Shown in pieces: positions 1 through 8,306 of a stretch of DNA of 64,000 bases; position 1 is the stretch's first letter; each line of letters starts with the position of its first letter. Under the pieces are notes generated by a model. That model had not been told where the DNA came from, did no database searches, and saw only the letters and a program-made list of their open reading frames with translations. The stretch comes from a virus, in the IMG/VR virus record IMGVR_UViG_3300019458_000032, positions 1 to 64,000 of that record; one strand, given 5' to 3'. Position numbers and translations under genes: made by a program.

Positions 1-43
1 ATCCTGGAGTATTATAGGATTAGGATTTTGGGAGAGTTTTTAT

Positions 44-460
44 ATGAGTGATAATCTTAAAAAAGAAATTCATATCCTTGATAAGATAAGAATGAATGTA
101 TTAGATGAAGACCCTTCTCATTATGGAACTCTATATACTGGAATCAATGGTTTTTTTAATATAGAAGAACAAAAATATAATGCATTTAGAAATGCATATA
201 TGAACGTAATTGAGGAAATAATACCACCACCATATGATTATCAAGATATGGTAGAACGACAACAAATTATTATATATAATCAACGTGAAGCAGCTATTGC
301 TCAACAACAAATAAACATGGGACATCATACAGTATTAATTCCACAAGATATGGAAATAGTTCATCATCCTGGCAATGTTGGATATGTAGTTAGACCAACT
401 CCACCAGAAAATAATCACATTAAAAATCTATTCAATAAACTAAAATCTTTACTACCGTAG
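44..460 (+). CDS. hypothetical protein
   Basis: 138 aa ORF on the coding strand, GGAG-like RBS upstream; no recognised motif. Confidence 0.6.
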   Translation: MSDNLKKEIHILDKIRMNVLDEDPSHYGTLYTGINGFFNIEEQKYNAFRNAYMNVIEEIIPPPYDYQDMVERQQIIIYNQREAAIAQQQINMGHHTVLIPQDMEIVHHPGNVGYVVRPTPPENNHIKNLFNKLKSLLP

Positions 461-468
461 GAGTATAT

Positions 469-1173
469 ATGTTCAAATTAATAACTAGATATTTTTCAAA
501 ACCTAAAAGATTCTTCACATCCGACTTGCATTTCGGACACAAGAATGTTATTCCTTATTGTAATCGTCCATATAAAGATGTAGAAGAAATGCATAAAGCT
601 ATTATTAAGATGTGGAATAAAACTGTTAGAAAGAAGGACACTGTATATGTACTTGGGGATTTCTCTCTTAATCCAAAATGGAGTAAAGAAATTATTCCAT
701 TACTTAACGGTAATAAGATACTTATATCTGGAAATCATGATGCTACTTTTCTATTTCCTGCTAAGGAAAACACAAAATCAGCTATCGAAGGTGCAGAACG
801 AAGACACAAAAAGATGTGTGAACGATATATACAAGATGGTTGGAAATCTATTCATCAAATACTCTCACTCTCTCTCAAGAGTGGCCACAATGTTCTTCTT
901 TCACACCTTCCTTTTGCGCCTAAAGATAAAGAAGAATTCGACACTAAGTATTTAGATTTACGTCCTAAAGATGAAGGACAATTACTTCTGTGTGGACATT
1001 TACATGGTATATTTATTAAATACAATAATATGATTGATGTTGGTATAGATGCTCATGAAATGAAACTTATATCAGAGGATGATGTTATTAAATTAATTAA
1101 CGATGAAAGAAATTATATTCCTTCTAAACTTACTGAATATTATAAAACTAAGGAGAATAAATATGACGGCTAA
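469..1173 (+). CDS. calcineurin-like metallophosphoesterase
   Basis: Motifs TSDLHFGH, LGDFS, GNHD, SHLP, CGHLH. Confidence 0.9.
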   Translation: MFKLITRYFSKPKRFFTSDLHFGHKNVIPYCNRPYKDVEEMHKAIIKMWNKTVRKKDTVYVLGDFSLNPKWSKEIIPLLNGNKILISGNHDATFLFPAKENTKSAIEGAERRHKKMCERYIQDGWKSIHQILSLSLKSGHNVLLSHLPFAPKDKEEFDTKYLDLRPKDEGQLLLCGHLHGIFIKYNNMIDVGIDAHEMKLISEDDVIKLINDERNYIPSKLTEYYKTKENKYDG

Positions 1174-1492
1174 AATGTGGTCTAAGAAATATGGAGTTAA
1201 ACCATATAAAACTCTAACAAGTGGTACAATTGGATGGTATAAGTGGTGTTCTAAACAAGGTCGTAGAACCTATCTAAAACGCTCTAGAATTAAGTATAAG
1301 AGGTTTATGAGAACCAACCCTAGTGATCTATCATTTAGGGTGTTTAAGAGCCTTGTATTGAGTAATAAAAGGGTATCCCCAACTCTTATGTTAAAGTTTA
1401 AAAGATTGATTAGTAAGACAGGTAGTGTTAAGCTGGGGTATAAATATAGAAACTTAACCCCTCAGCAACTCTATAATAAGATGAAAGGGTAA
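1163..1492 (+). CDS. basic hypothetical protein
   Basis: ORF; start moved to ATG 1163 after AGGAG RBS. Confidence 0.55.
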   Translation: MTAKMWSKKYGVKPYKTLTSGTIGWYKWCSKQGRRTYLKRSRIKYKRFMRTNPSDLSFRVFKSLVLSNKRVSPTLMLKFKRLISKTGSVKLGYKYRNLTPQQLYNKMKG

Positions 1493-1497
1493 TTTAT

Positions 1498-1719
1498 ATG
1501 AAAAAAGAAAAATGTTTAACAAAGAAAGAAGTTAATGGAGTATTCTGGAGTAACATTGCTAATATAACAATTACTACTTTAATTTTATATGGTGTATATC
1601 ATAGCTATGGTTTTGTATATGATCTAGGTAAAGATGAAAAACAACATGAAGTAAATAATTCATGGTATGAAGGTTACAAACATTGTAAAGAAGTTTATAA
1701 AGTTGGAGATAAGAAATGA
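1498..1719 (+). CDS. small membrane protein
   Basis: One hydrophobic segment; ATGA overlap with the next ORF. Confidence 0.55.
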   Translation: MKKEKCLTKKEVNGVFWSNIANITITTLILYGVYHSYGFVYDLGKDEKQHEVNNSWYEGYKHCKEVYKVGDKK

Positions 1720-1958
1720 GTAGAATTAAATCAAGTTTTTGGGATGAAGCTAGAATGGTATATTTTATGATTTTTTCTATTATTTATTGTTTATTATTTT
1801 GTATGAGTTTATTCAATGGATTTACAACTCAATATAAATGTGAATCTCCTGTAACAAAAGGTGATATAGTTATGCCAGGATTTAGATTAGGTTGTTGGCT
1901 TGCAACTCCATTAGTGGAACCCAAAGAATCTTGTGTACAGAAAGAGGTAACTCAGTGA
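1716..1958 (+). CDS. small membrane protein
   Basis: N-terminal hydrophobic helix, GGAG RBS. Confidence 0.55.
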   Translation: MSRIKSSFWDEARMVYFMIFSIIYCLLFCMSLFNGFTTQYKCESPVTKGDIVMPGFRLGCWLATPLVEPKESCVQKEVTQ

Positions 1959-2218
1959 AAAGACTATTATTTGAAAAGAATACAGATGGATCTGTATACA
2001 CCTGTAAAGAAATGTTAGCACGAAATATTGTAGTTAATGCTAATATCCTTGTTAAAGATGATGGATATATGTATATGATTACAAATCTAGGTAATGGAGT
2101 AGTACTCTTAAATGGTACAACAAAACGTCTAACAGACGCTAAGAGACTTGTTAAAGAAAGACTTAAGGATTTGGGTGTAGTATTCCAAGATGAGGTCAGA
2201 AAGAAGGTTGTTGTATGA
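1955..2218 (+). CDS. hypothetical protein
   Basis: Likely GTG start at 1955 after GAGG RBS, overlapping the previous stop. Confidence 0.55.
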   Translation: MKRLLFEKNTDGSVYTCKEMLARNIVVNANILVKDDGYMYMITNLGNGVVLLNGTTKRLTDAKRLVKERLKDLGVVFQDEVRKKVVV

Positions 2219-2404
2219 AACGTAAGGATATTGACCGCCTATTAAAAGAGAATGGATTTCATGTTGTAAGAGTTACAAAGCATATAAATCTATTCTAATG
2301 GGACAAGACATATCTCTATTCCTAATCACAAAGAAGTTAATGATATGATTATGAGAAGACTATTTAAAGAAAATAATTTACATCATCTACTTGACGGACA
2401 GTAA
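2215..2404 (+). pseudogene. hicA: HicA-family mRNA interferase, frameshifted by one extra A at 2286-2288
   Basis: Removing one A gives MKRKDIDRLLKENGFHVVRVTKHIIYSNGTRHISIPNHKEVNDMIMRRLFKENNL..., matching the HicA pattern (L..NGF...R...H.IY...I.IP.H.E). Confidence 0.75.
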
Positions 2405-2419
2405 AAAATGTGCTACCCT
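2391..2419 (+). promoter_or_regulatory. possible sigma70-type promoter
   Basis: TTGACG-17 nt-TACCCT with TG before the -10; weak -10. Confidence 0.3.
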
Positions 2420-2484
2420 AAATACTCGTATGTATTAACTGACGATAAGTCAGCGTATGTACTAGTTCTTGTAAGGACAAAGAT

Positions 2485-2760
2485 ATGTATTCTGAAATAC
2501 CAAAAGAAAAGATTATTCAATATCTTATAGATAATAAACAAGTATTACAGGATGTTATAAAGGATCTTCAAGTTAATAAGGATGATCTATTAAAAGAACA
2601 TGATCATTCTTTACATGAGGATATAGAGATTGAATTCTATAAGGTAGCAAGACTTATATGTGCAGAAAGAATTGGCACAGATATTGCAGAATCTCCTGAA
2701 GAGATTCTTTATATATTAGAATGTATTGGATTAGATTCTTTTAAGGAGTATCTTAAATGA
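2485..2760 (+). CDS. acidic hypothetical protein
   Basis: 91 aa ORF with AGGA RBS. Confidence 0.6.
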   Translation: MYSEIPKEKIIQYLIDNKQVLQDVIKDLQVNKDDLLKEHDHSLHEDIEIEFYKVARLICAERIGTDIAESPEEILYILECIGLDSFKEYLK

Positions 2761-3281
2761 AATGGAATATTATTATATATACAATACTATTTATTCTAAC
2801 ACTTTGTAGTACAAGTTATTCAGATTCTTTGGAATATGTAGTAACTTCTGTTACAACACATCCTTTTGTGGAACCTGATGTAGGTGAAAGATTTGCTAAT
2901 AAGATTGCATTGAATGGTAGAGTTAATCATACACATATGTCAGGACTTGTATATGTAGATGAATCTAAATACTTTTATAATAGTTACAAAGGATTTTTTG
3001 GACTTAATTCTATTGGATTACCTATGACAGGATTAGCTTATTCAATTGGATTAAGGGATTGGAATTCACAATTAGGCGTAGTATTAGGTGGATATATACA
3101 AGACTCTAATGAGTTTAGAAAACGTGATATAGATCCTGGAGTAGGTGGGGATGTAATGCCAGTTGTTGGTATAGAGTATAATTACAAGTGGTATATATCC
3201 AAAGATGAGTTTATTAAGTTGAATAATTTATTTACACCCATTATAACAAATCATTCTATTGCTATAGGAGTGGATTTTTAA
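2757..3281 (+). CDS. putative small outer-membrane beta-barrel protein
   Basis: Signal peptide, alternating hydrophobic/Gly/Tyr strands, C-terminal IAIGVDF ending in Phe. Confidence 0.55.
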   Translation: MKWNIIIYTILFILTLCSTSYSDSLEYVVTSVTTHPFVEPDVGERFANKIALNGRVNHTHMSGLVYVDESKYFYNSYKGFFGLNSIGLPMTGLAYSIGLRDWNSQLGVVLGGYIQDSNEFRKRDIDPGVGGDVMPVVGIEYNYKWYISKDEFIKLNNLFTPIITNHSIAIGVDF

Positions 3282-3282
3282 T

Positions 3283-3588
3283 ATGAATAATCCAAGATAT
3301 AAAATGACAGGGTATGATTCTTCATGTCCATATCATCCAAAATGTGAAACAAATTGGGAATGGTCTGATTTGTTTTGTCAATATGTTCCTAGCCCTTGTA
3401 TACAATGTATAAAAGATTCTGAAGATAAATATAATGCTCTTCCTCAAGAAGAGAAAGATAAAATTATAGCTCAATCTAGATCGTATTATGCAGCTTTAAA
3501 AGAAATATATGATTATAAAGATCTAGTGCCAGAAAGTGTTAAAATGTTAAATGGGACATTGAAAAGAAATACGGAAGGTAAGACATGA
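3283..3588 (+). CDS. Cys-rich hypothetical protein
   Basis: ORF with CPYH..C and CxxC. Confidence 0.55.
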   Translation: MNNPRYKMTGYDSSCPYHPKCETNWEWSDLFCQYVPSPCIQCIKDSEDKYNALPQEEKDKIIAQSRSYYAALKEIYDYKDLVPESVKMLNGTLKRNTEGKT

Positions 3589-3920
3589 AAAAAAATATAA
3601 TGAAAAAATGGGTTAAAGCTTTAAAATCAGGTAAATATAAACAATCTCAAAATATCCTTGAAAATTATTATGGATATTGTTGCTTAGGTGTATTATGTAA
3701 AGTTGCAGAAAAGAATAAAATTAGAGTTAACAAACATAAATTAGGTGATTTAAAAGGTTCTAGTCTTACTAGTCAAAAAAATGTTTTAAAGTGGTCAGGA
3801 ATGAGAACAGGTTTAGGTGATATAGAAATTGTTGGTACTACATTATCTAGTTTAAATGATAGAGGGAAATCTTTTAAACAAATTGCTAATGTAATTGAAA
3901 AGTATTGGAAAGAATTATGA
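3585..3920 (+). CDS. conserved phage hypothetical protein
   Basis: KKWVKALKSGKYKQ...YCCLGVLC...LNDRGKSF pattern familiar from phage early genes. Confidence 0.65.
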   Translation: MKKNIMKKWVKALKSGKYKQSQNILENYYGYCCLGVLCKVAEKNKIRVNKHKLGDLKGSSLTSQKNVLKWSGMRTGLGDIEIVGTTLSSLNDRGKSFKQIANVIEKYWKEL

Positions 3921-4180
3921 AATTAGAAGACTTTGCTAGGATAATTAATAAGACATTAGACATTCATTTTGTTCCTAAAAGGAATCCAGAATGGTATTGC
4001 ACTTTTCAACGTGGAGATGTTAAAGAAGGTGCAATGTTATGTGGAATATTTGGAAATGGTAATTCACCCAATGAAGCATTAAGAGCTTATGCTAAAAAGA
4101 TTAAAGGTACTAAGATGATTTTTAATGCTGGATCTAAAGATTATAGACAGGAATACGAGATTCCAGAGGATATTGAATAA
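3917..4180 (+). CDS. hypothetical protein
   Basis: ATGA-coupled ORF. Confidence 0.6.
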   Translation: MKLEDFARIINKTLDIHFVPKRNPEWYCTFQRGDVKEGAMLCGIFGNGNSPNEALRAYAKKIKGTKMIFNAGSKDYRQEYEIPEDIE

Positions 4181-4181
4181 T

Positions 4182-4415
4182 ATGAAACGTATTATAATTT
4201 ATACTGGATTAATTTTATTAGGATATGTCTTAAATATTACCACTAATGAAGTGTGTAATTATGAATGGGAATATTATTATCATAAATCATTAACTGAAAA
4301 TATTCCACCACCTCTTTCTAATAGATTTAAATGGATTAATGAAAATAGAGCATTAAAAGTTTGTCCAATTCTACAATATACACCTGATTTGTATAAAAAA
4401 TTTGAATTCGAATAA
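4182..4415 (+). CDS. small membrane-anchored protein
   Basis: Start moved to ATG 4182; N-terminal hydrophobic stretch. Confidence 0.5.
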   Translation: MKRIIIYTGLILLGYVLNITTNEVCNYEWEYYYHKSLTENIPPPLSNRFKWINENRALKVCPILQYTPDLYKKFEFE

Positions 4416-4419
4416 GAGT

Positions 4420-4515
4420 TTGTATAGCGGTTACGAGCACTAACACTTTCTAGAAGTGAGTGGATTAGCGTGACTATAAGGGTATGAGAGTGAGGGTAGC
4501 GACTCACCTATACAA
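4420..4515 (+). ncRNA. structured RNA domain A, tRNA-shaped with no anticodon arm
   Basis: Terminal stem TTGTATAG/CTATACAA; D-like stem GGTTACG/CGTGACT enclosing CACTT-TCTAG-AAGTG hairpin; T-like arm GTGAG-GGTAGCGA-CTCAC stacked on the terminal stem. Confidence 0.6.
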
Positions 4516-4527
4516 TTTATTTTAAGT

Positions 4528-4721
4528 TTGTGTGAGCGGCGTGGTAGATATAGGTATGAAAGGTTTGGGTTTAATCGAGACCACTTGTAACAACCTGGTA
4601 ACACGTGTGGTTAGCCTATTGGAGACACGCAGATGAGATGAGTCGTCAAGTACGTAACCCTTTAATGGGCCAGTATCATCACGTTTAAACTTGAAACAGA
4701 AGTAGTGATCTGTCCACACAA
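4528..4721 (+). ncRNA. structured RNA domain B, tRNA-shaped with large insertions
   Basis: Terminal stem TTGTGTG/CACACAA; D-like stem GCGTG(4539)/CACGC(4626); T-like arm ACAGA-AGTAGTGA-TCTGT next to the terminal stem. Confidence 0.6.
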
Positions 4722-4781
4722 TTATTTATTATGAGTATTTATTTATGTTACATAATTCTTTTAAAAATGAATAATTTATAT

Positions 4782-4843
4782 ATAGGTGCTCATAGCAGGC
4801 CTGAAGTTCAAAGGTGGAGTTAAATGACCACGAGTCAGCCTAT
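4782..4843 (+). ncRNA. structured RNA domain C (small multibranch)
   Basis: ATAGG/CCTAT closing stem, short internal hairpins (TGCT/AGCA, CCT/AGG, GTGG/CCAC), followed by a T tract. Confidence 0.4.
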
Positions 4844-4852
4844 TTTTTTAAT

Positions 4853-4986
4853 TTGTTATAGAGTACTGGAGTTAGTGGCCATGATCGTATACATGGTGTC
4901 AATGACTTAATGTAGGGCTAAGACTTGAGAGGTTGGAATAACACAGTCTAAGATGTGCCGACTTTGTGCCAAAGGCTCTATAACAA
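4853..4986 (+). ncRNA. structured RNA domain D
   Basis: Perfect 11-bp closing stem TTGTTATAGAG/CTCTATAACAA; internal CCATG/CATGG and AGACT/AGTCT helices. Confidence 0.55.
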
Positions 4987-5014
4987 TTTTTTAACAAAAT
5001 AAGGAGACATTTAA

Positions 5015-5320
5015 ATGAATTATGATGATTATAAAGAAGCTAAAGAAAGAGTTGCTAAACATAGAGATATTACTTATGATCTTTCTTGTGAAGAAATTGC
5101 TGCTATTGATATCGCTCAACAAATAGGAGGATATGAATGGGCAATCGAAGATGCTCAAAGTAACCTAAAACGTTTATACAAAGCTGCAAAGAAACTACCA
5201 AAACCAAAGAAACAATTGGTTGATGATATAGATCCTCAAATAATTAAAGAAGCTAAATATAAGTTTAGAGGTAAAAGAGATTTACAAAGAAAACTTTACA
5301 TGTATGATGAAATTGAATGA
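5015..5320 (+). CDS. hypothetical protein
   Basis: Strong AAGGAG RBS, 101 aa ORF. Confidence 0.65.
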   Translation: MNYDDYKEAKERVAKHRDITYDLSCEEIAAIDIAQQIGGYEWAIEDAQSNLKRLYKAAKKLPKPKKQLVDDIDPQIIKEAKYKFRGKRDLQRKLYMYDEIE

Positions 5321-5326
5321 GATTAT

Positions 5327-5551
5327 ATGAGTTGTACTTGTGATTCTTTTCAAACAATTGTAAATAGTAAGTGGCAATGTGCTAATTGCGGTGCTGAAGG
5401 TCAGAGTCCATTTATTGCTTATGATGAACAATATGAATGGGTACAAGGATTCCCAGTTAAATTGGGATATAATAAATGTCAATGTGGAGCACATAAAACA
5501 GTTAATATAAACTGTCATAGTTTTTGGTGTCCAATGTATAAGAAGGAATAG
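5327..5551 (+). CDS. small zinc-finger-like protein
   Basis: CTC, CxxC, CxCG..H and HSxWCP motifs. Confidence 0.6.
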   Translation: MSCTCDSFQTIVNSKWQCANCGAEGQSPFIAYDEQYEWVQGFPVKLGYNKCQCGAHKTVNINCHSFWCPMYKKE

Positions 5552-5554
5552 TAT

Positions 5555-6265
5555 ATGAAAATAATTGCATTGAGTGATACCCATAATCGACATGACGAAT
5601 TAACTATTCCGGAATGTGATCTTTTAATTCATTCGGGAGATTGGACCAACCGGGGTAAAATGGATGAAGTTGAAATTTTTGCCAAATGGTTAAATAAACA
5701 AACTCAATGTAAAAACATTATTGTAATTCCAGGAAATCACGAACTTTATTTTGAGAAATATTTACCTGAATCACGAAACTGGTTTACTGATAATTGCCCA
5801 AAAGCTCATTTGTTAATCGATGAATTAATTGAAATTGATGGTATAAAAATTTACGGATCTCCGGTTACTCCTTTCTTTTGCGATTGGGCCTGGAATAGAG
5901 CAAGTGGAATCGTTAAAGGATATGTAGCTGGTTTCAAGGAATTTTATCCTAAACCAATTAAACCACACTGGGATGCTATACCCAAAGATATAAACATTCT
6001 TATTACTCATGGACCCCCCTATGGTATATTAGACCAAACTACACATATAAATGGTGAATTAAGATCAGATCATTTAGGATGTGAAGAACTTATATCTAGA
6101 ATTAAAGAATTAGATAACTTAGATTTACATATTTTCGGACATATACATTCACCAGGGGGTAATCAAAGACATCAAGATGGAGTTTCATTTTACAATGCCG
6201 CAATTTGTGATGAACATTATATACCTATAAATCCAATAACTATAATTGATTATAGTTTAGAATGA
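5555..6265 (+). CDS. metallophosphoesterase (MPPED/calcineurin-like)
   Basis: SDTH, HSGD, PGNHE, THGPP, FGHIH motifs. Confidence 0.92.
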   Translation: MKIIALSDTHNRHDELTIPECDLLIHSGDWTNRGKMDEVEIFAKWLNKQTQCKNIIVIPGNHELYFEKYLPESRNWFTDNCPKAHLLIDELIEIDGIKIYGSPVTPFFCDWAWNRASGIVKGYVAGFKEFYPKPIKPHWDAIPKDINILITHGPPYGILDQTTHINGELRSDHLGCEELISRIKELDNLDLHIFGHIHSPGGNQRHQDGVSFYNAAICDEHYIPINPITIIDYSLE

Positions 6266-6568
6266 CCAAGTAAGAGTCACTAATGATTCATTCCTATTTA
6301 AATTTAAACGCATATTATCTGCAATAGGTTCAATCTTTGTATTTAATAGAAATTCCTGTTTAACTACAATACTATAAGATGAAACACCAATTGTCCAAAT
6401 TGTTTCCCCTGTTTTGTCTGTAACTTTTTTTTGAATTTTATGTTGCAATTTCTCGACATCTTGTTTAATATGAGTTTGTAGAGATGTTGCAAGTAATGCA
6501 TTATAACAAACAGGTTGATATTGTGGAGATGTGCTAAGACACATAAAGGTTATTATAAATTCGACCAT
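6257..6568 (-). CDS. putative exported protein, antisense to the early arm, probably leaderless
   Basis: 103 aa ORF with hydrophobic N-terminus and C-terminal Phe, directly preceded by its own promoter. Confidence 0.6.
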   Translation of the reverse strand: MVEFIITFMCLSTSPQYQPVCYNALLATSLQTHIKQDVEKLQHKIQKKVTDKTGETIWTIGVSSYSIVVKQEFLLNTKIEPIADNMRLNLNRNESLVTLTWSF

Positions 6569-6573
6569 GATAT

Positions 6574-6602
6574 ATTATAACAGAAAGAGGATAATAAAGC
6601 AA
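6574..6602 (-). promoter_or_regulatory. sigma70-type promoter for 6257-6568
   Basis: TTGCTT-17 nt-TATAAT with extended TG, 5 nt before the ATG. Confidence 0.65.
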
Positions 6603-6760
6603 TGAAAAAAGAAAAGAAACTGTGGATACTAACAAATACTTGGGGTAAAATCCTATACACCGCAGCAAGGAAAGAATGTTTAAATAATTATAGATCAATG
6701 CATACTGGACCAACATTTAAGATTCTATTAAAAGGTAAATATCTAAAAGGAATGAAGTAA
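6602..6760 (+). CDS. small hypothetical protein (52 aa, below ORF-track cut-off)
   Basis: ATG...TAA with GAGG RBS: MKKEKKLWILTNTWGKIL... Confidence 0.45.
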   Translation: MKKEKKLWILTNTWGKILYTAARKECLNNYRSMHTGPTFKILLKGKYLKGMK

Positions 6761-6809
6761 TTAGTCCCGAAGAGTAGGCATATATTAGTTTTGGGGGAGT
6801 TTTTTAGAA

Positions 6810-6838
6810 TTGACTTTATAATAAATATTATATATAAT
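6810..6838 (+). promoter_or_regulatory. near-consensus sigma70 promoter
   Basis: TTGACT-17 nt-TATAAT in an intergenic gap. Confidence 0.75.
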
Positions 6839-6857
6839 TAAAAAAGAAGGAAATAAT

Positions 6858-7025
6858 ATGACAGATTTTGAAAAAGCTTTAAAACAAGTAGAAGATCTTA
6901 CAATTGAGAATAAAAAGCTTAAAGATCGCATAAAGCTTTATGAAGATATTATGGATCGTGATATAATGGAAGATTATGATGATATAGATGATTATTTTGG
7001 ACCCATGGAAATAGATTTAGATTAA
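6858..7025 (+). CDS. small acidic coiled-coil protein (55 aa)
   Basis: AAGGA RBS; MTDFEKALKQVEDLTIENKKLKDRIK... Confidence 0.55.
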   Translation: MTDFEKALKQVEDLTIENKKLKDRIKLYEDIMDRDIMEDYDDIDDYFGPMEIDLD

Positions 7026-7250
7026 ATGAAATATTTATTATTAGATGCATTGTATATATTAGGATATTTTTTTATTGGAACATTTTTTGTAGCACTTAAT
7101 AGTAAACTTAGTAAAAATGAAAAAGAAGATCCAAGAATATTATTTCTTTGGCCTATTTATATTTCTGGATATATTATATTTGGTATTTTGTATATCCCAT
7201 ATCTGCTTGAATCATATTTAGGAGATATATTAAAAGGGAATAAAAAATAA
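7026..7250 (+). CDS. two-TM membrane protein
   Basis: Two hydrophobic helices, LWP motif. Confidence 0.55.
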   Translation: MKYLLLDALYILGYFFIGTFFVALNSKLSKNEKEDPRILFLWPIYISGYIIFGILYIPYLLESYLGDILKGNKK

Positions 7251-7651
7251 TGAAAGAGAAAATATTAATAAAATTTAAAATATGGTTTTGTAAAAAATTT
7301 GGTCATAATAATAGAATGCTTGGGAATAATATTTTAGAAACAACATTATATTGTGATAGATGTGGCAATCGAAAAGAACATAGAGTTCCTTTATATTTAT
7401 ATGTTAATGAAATTGCTAATAAACTACCTGTACTTCGAGATCCTAAATTAGAAATAGAAACTCATTGGATTAGATTAATTGATATTGATAGAATTAAATC
7501 TAGTTATATGATTGATGTTGATAAAGCGTTAAATAGCTATAAGAAATTATTTACAGATTATAATAAAATAGTTGATGATTATATTGAAAAACAAAAAAGT
7601 GAATATATAAAACATAAAGAATGGAACTTGAAGAAAAGATTAGATCTGTAG
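7250..7651 (+). CDS. hypothetical protein with C..FGH / CDRCG zinc motif
   Basis: FCKKFGH...YCDRCG. Confidence 0.55.
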   Translation: MKEKILIKFKIWFCKKFGHNNRMLGNNILETTLYCDRCGNRKEHRVPLYLYVNEIANKLPVLRDPKLEIETHWIRLIDIDRIKSSYMIDVDKALNSYKKLFTDYNKIVDDYIEKQKSEYIKHKEWNLKKRLDL

Positions 7652-8304
7652 TTAATGAAATTCTAGATTCAATTAAAGATAAAAAGATGAGGGATTTAGT
7701 TAAATCAAAGACATTTTTAACTGGCGGTTGTTTTAAAGCGTTGTTTCATAACGAAGAAGTTAATGACTATGATTTTTATTTTGTGGACGAAAAATCTATC
7801 AAACTTTTTGAAAAACTAATACATGATGGTTTATGTAAACCTAGAACAAAAGCATTTACCGATATAAAGAAATTTTATCTTAAAGATTTAAAACATAAAT
7901 CAGAATTCGCTATTACTTTTATGTTAAATAAAACTATTAAAGTTCAGTTTATCACAAAGTATTTTGGATCACCGACTAAAGTTACAAATAATTTCGATTT
8001 TGAACATGTTAAAAATTACTATGTTCCAGCATTGGATGTATTTAATATTAATTATGACGTATTATCTTCTAAAGAATTAATTTTTAATGTGGGAGCATCA
8101 CATCCAATTAATGCCTTAAAACGTATGCAAAAATTTATTAAACAAGGTTGGACAATTAATGATCCAGAAATCATGAAAATTGCCGAATCTATTAATAATC
8201 TCGATTTAGATAGTCCTGGAGAATATAAAGAACAATCGTCTGGAATGTATCTATATACAGAAAGTATAATGAGAGGATATAACTCGAAGAGAAGTGTTGG
8301 TTAA
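7621..8304 (+). CDS. nucleotidyltransferase (pol-beta superfamily, poly(A) polymerase/CCA-like head)
   Basis: LTGGCFK...NDYDFYF catalytic signature, NFDF, R..KF..QGW. Confidence 0.75.
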   Translation: MELEEKIRSVVNEILDSIKDKKMRDLVKSKTFLTGGCFKALFHNEEVNDYDFYFVDEKSIKLFEKLIHDGLCKPRTKAFTDIKKFYLKDLKHKSEFAITFMLNKTIKVQFITKYFGSPTKVTNNFDFEHVKNYYVPALDVFNINYDVLSSKELIFNVGASHPINALKRMQKFIKQGWTINDPEIMKIAESINNLDLDSPGEYKEQSSGMYLYTESIMRGYNSKRSVG

Positions 8305-8306
8305 TA

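Noticed and set aside
4280-4719. Reverse-strand ORFs 4280-4507 and 4522-4719
   Set aside because: No RBS, atypical composition; they are shadows of the structured RNA blocks.
4782-4843. Possible opal (TCA anticodon) suppressor tRNA that could read the cupin TGA
   Set aside because: GTTCAAA is not enclosed by a 5-bp anticodon stem, there is no TTCRA T-loop, and the element is too short for a tRNA.
4420-4986. CRISPR mini-array or a known self-cleaving ribozyme
   Set aside because: Blocks share no direct repeat, and I could not match a hammerhead (CUGANGA...GAAA) or twister core by eye; an Rfam search is still needed.
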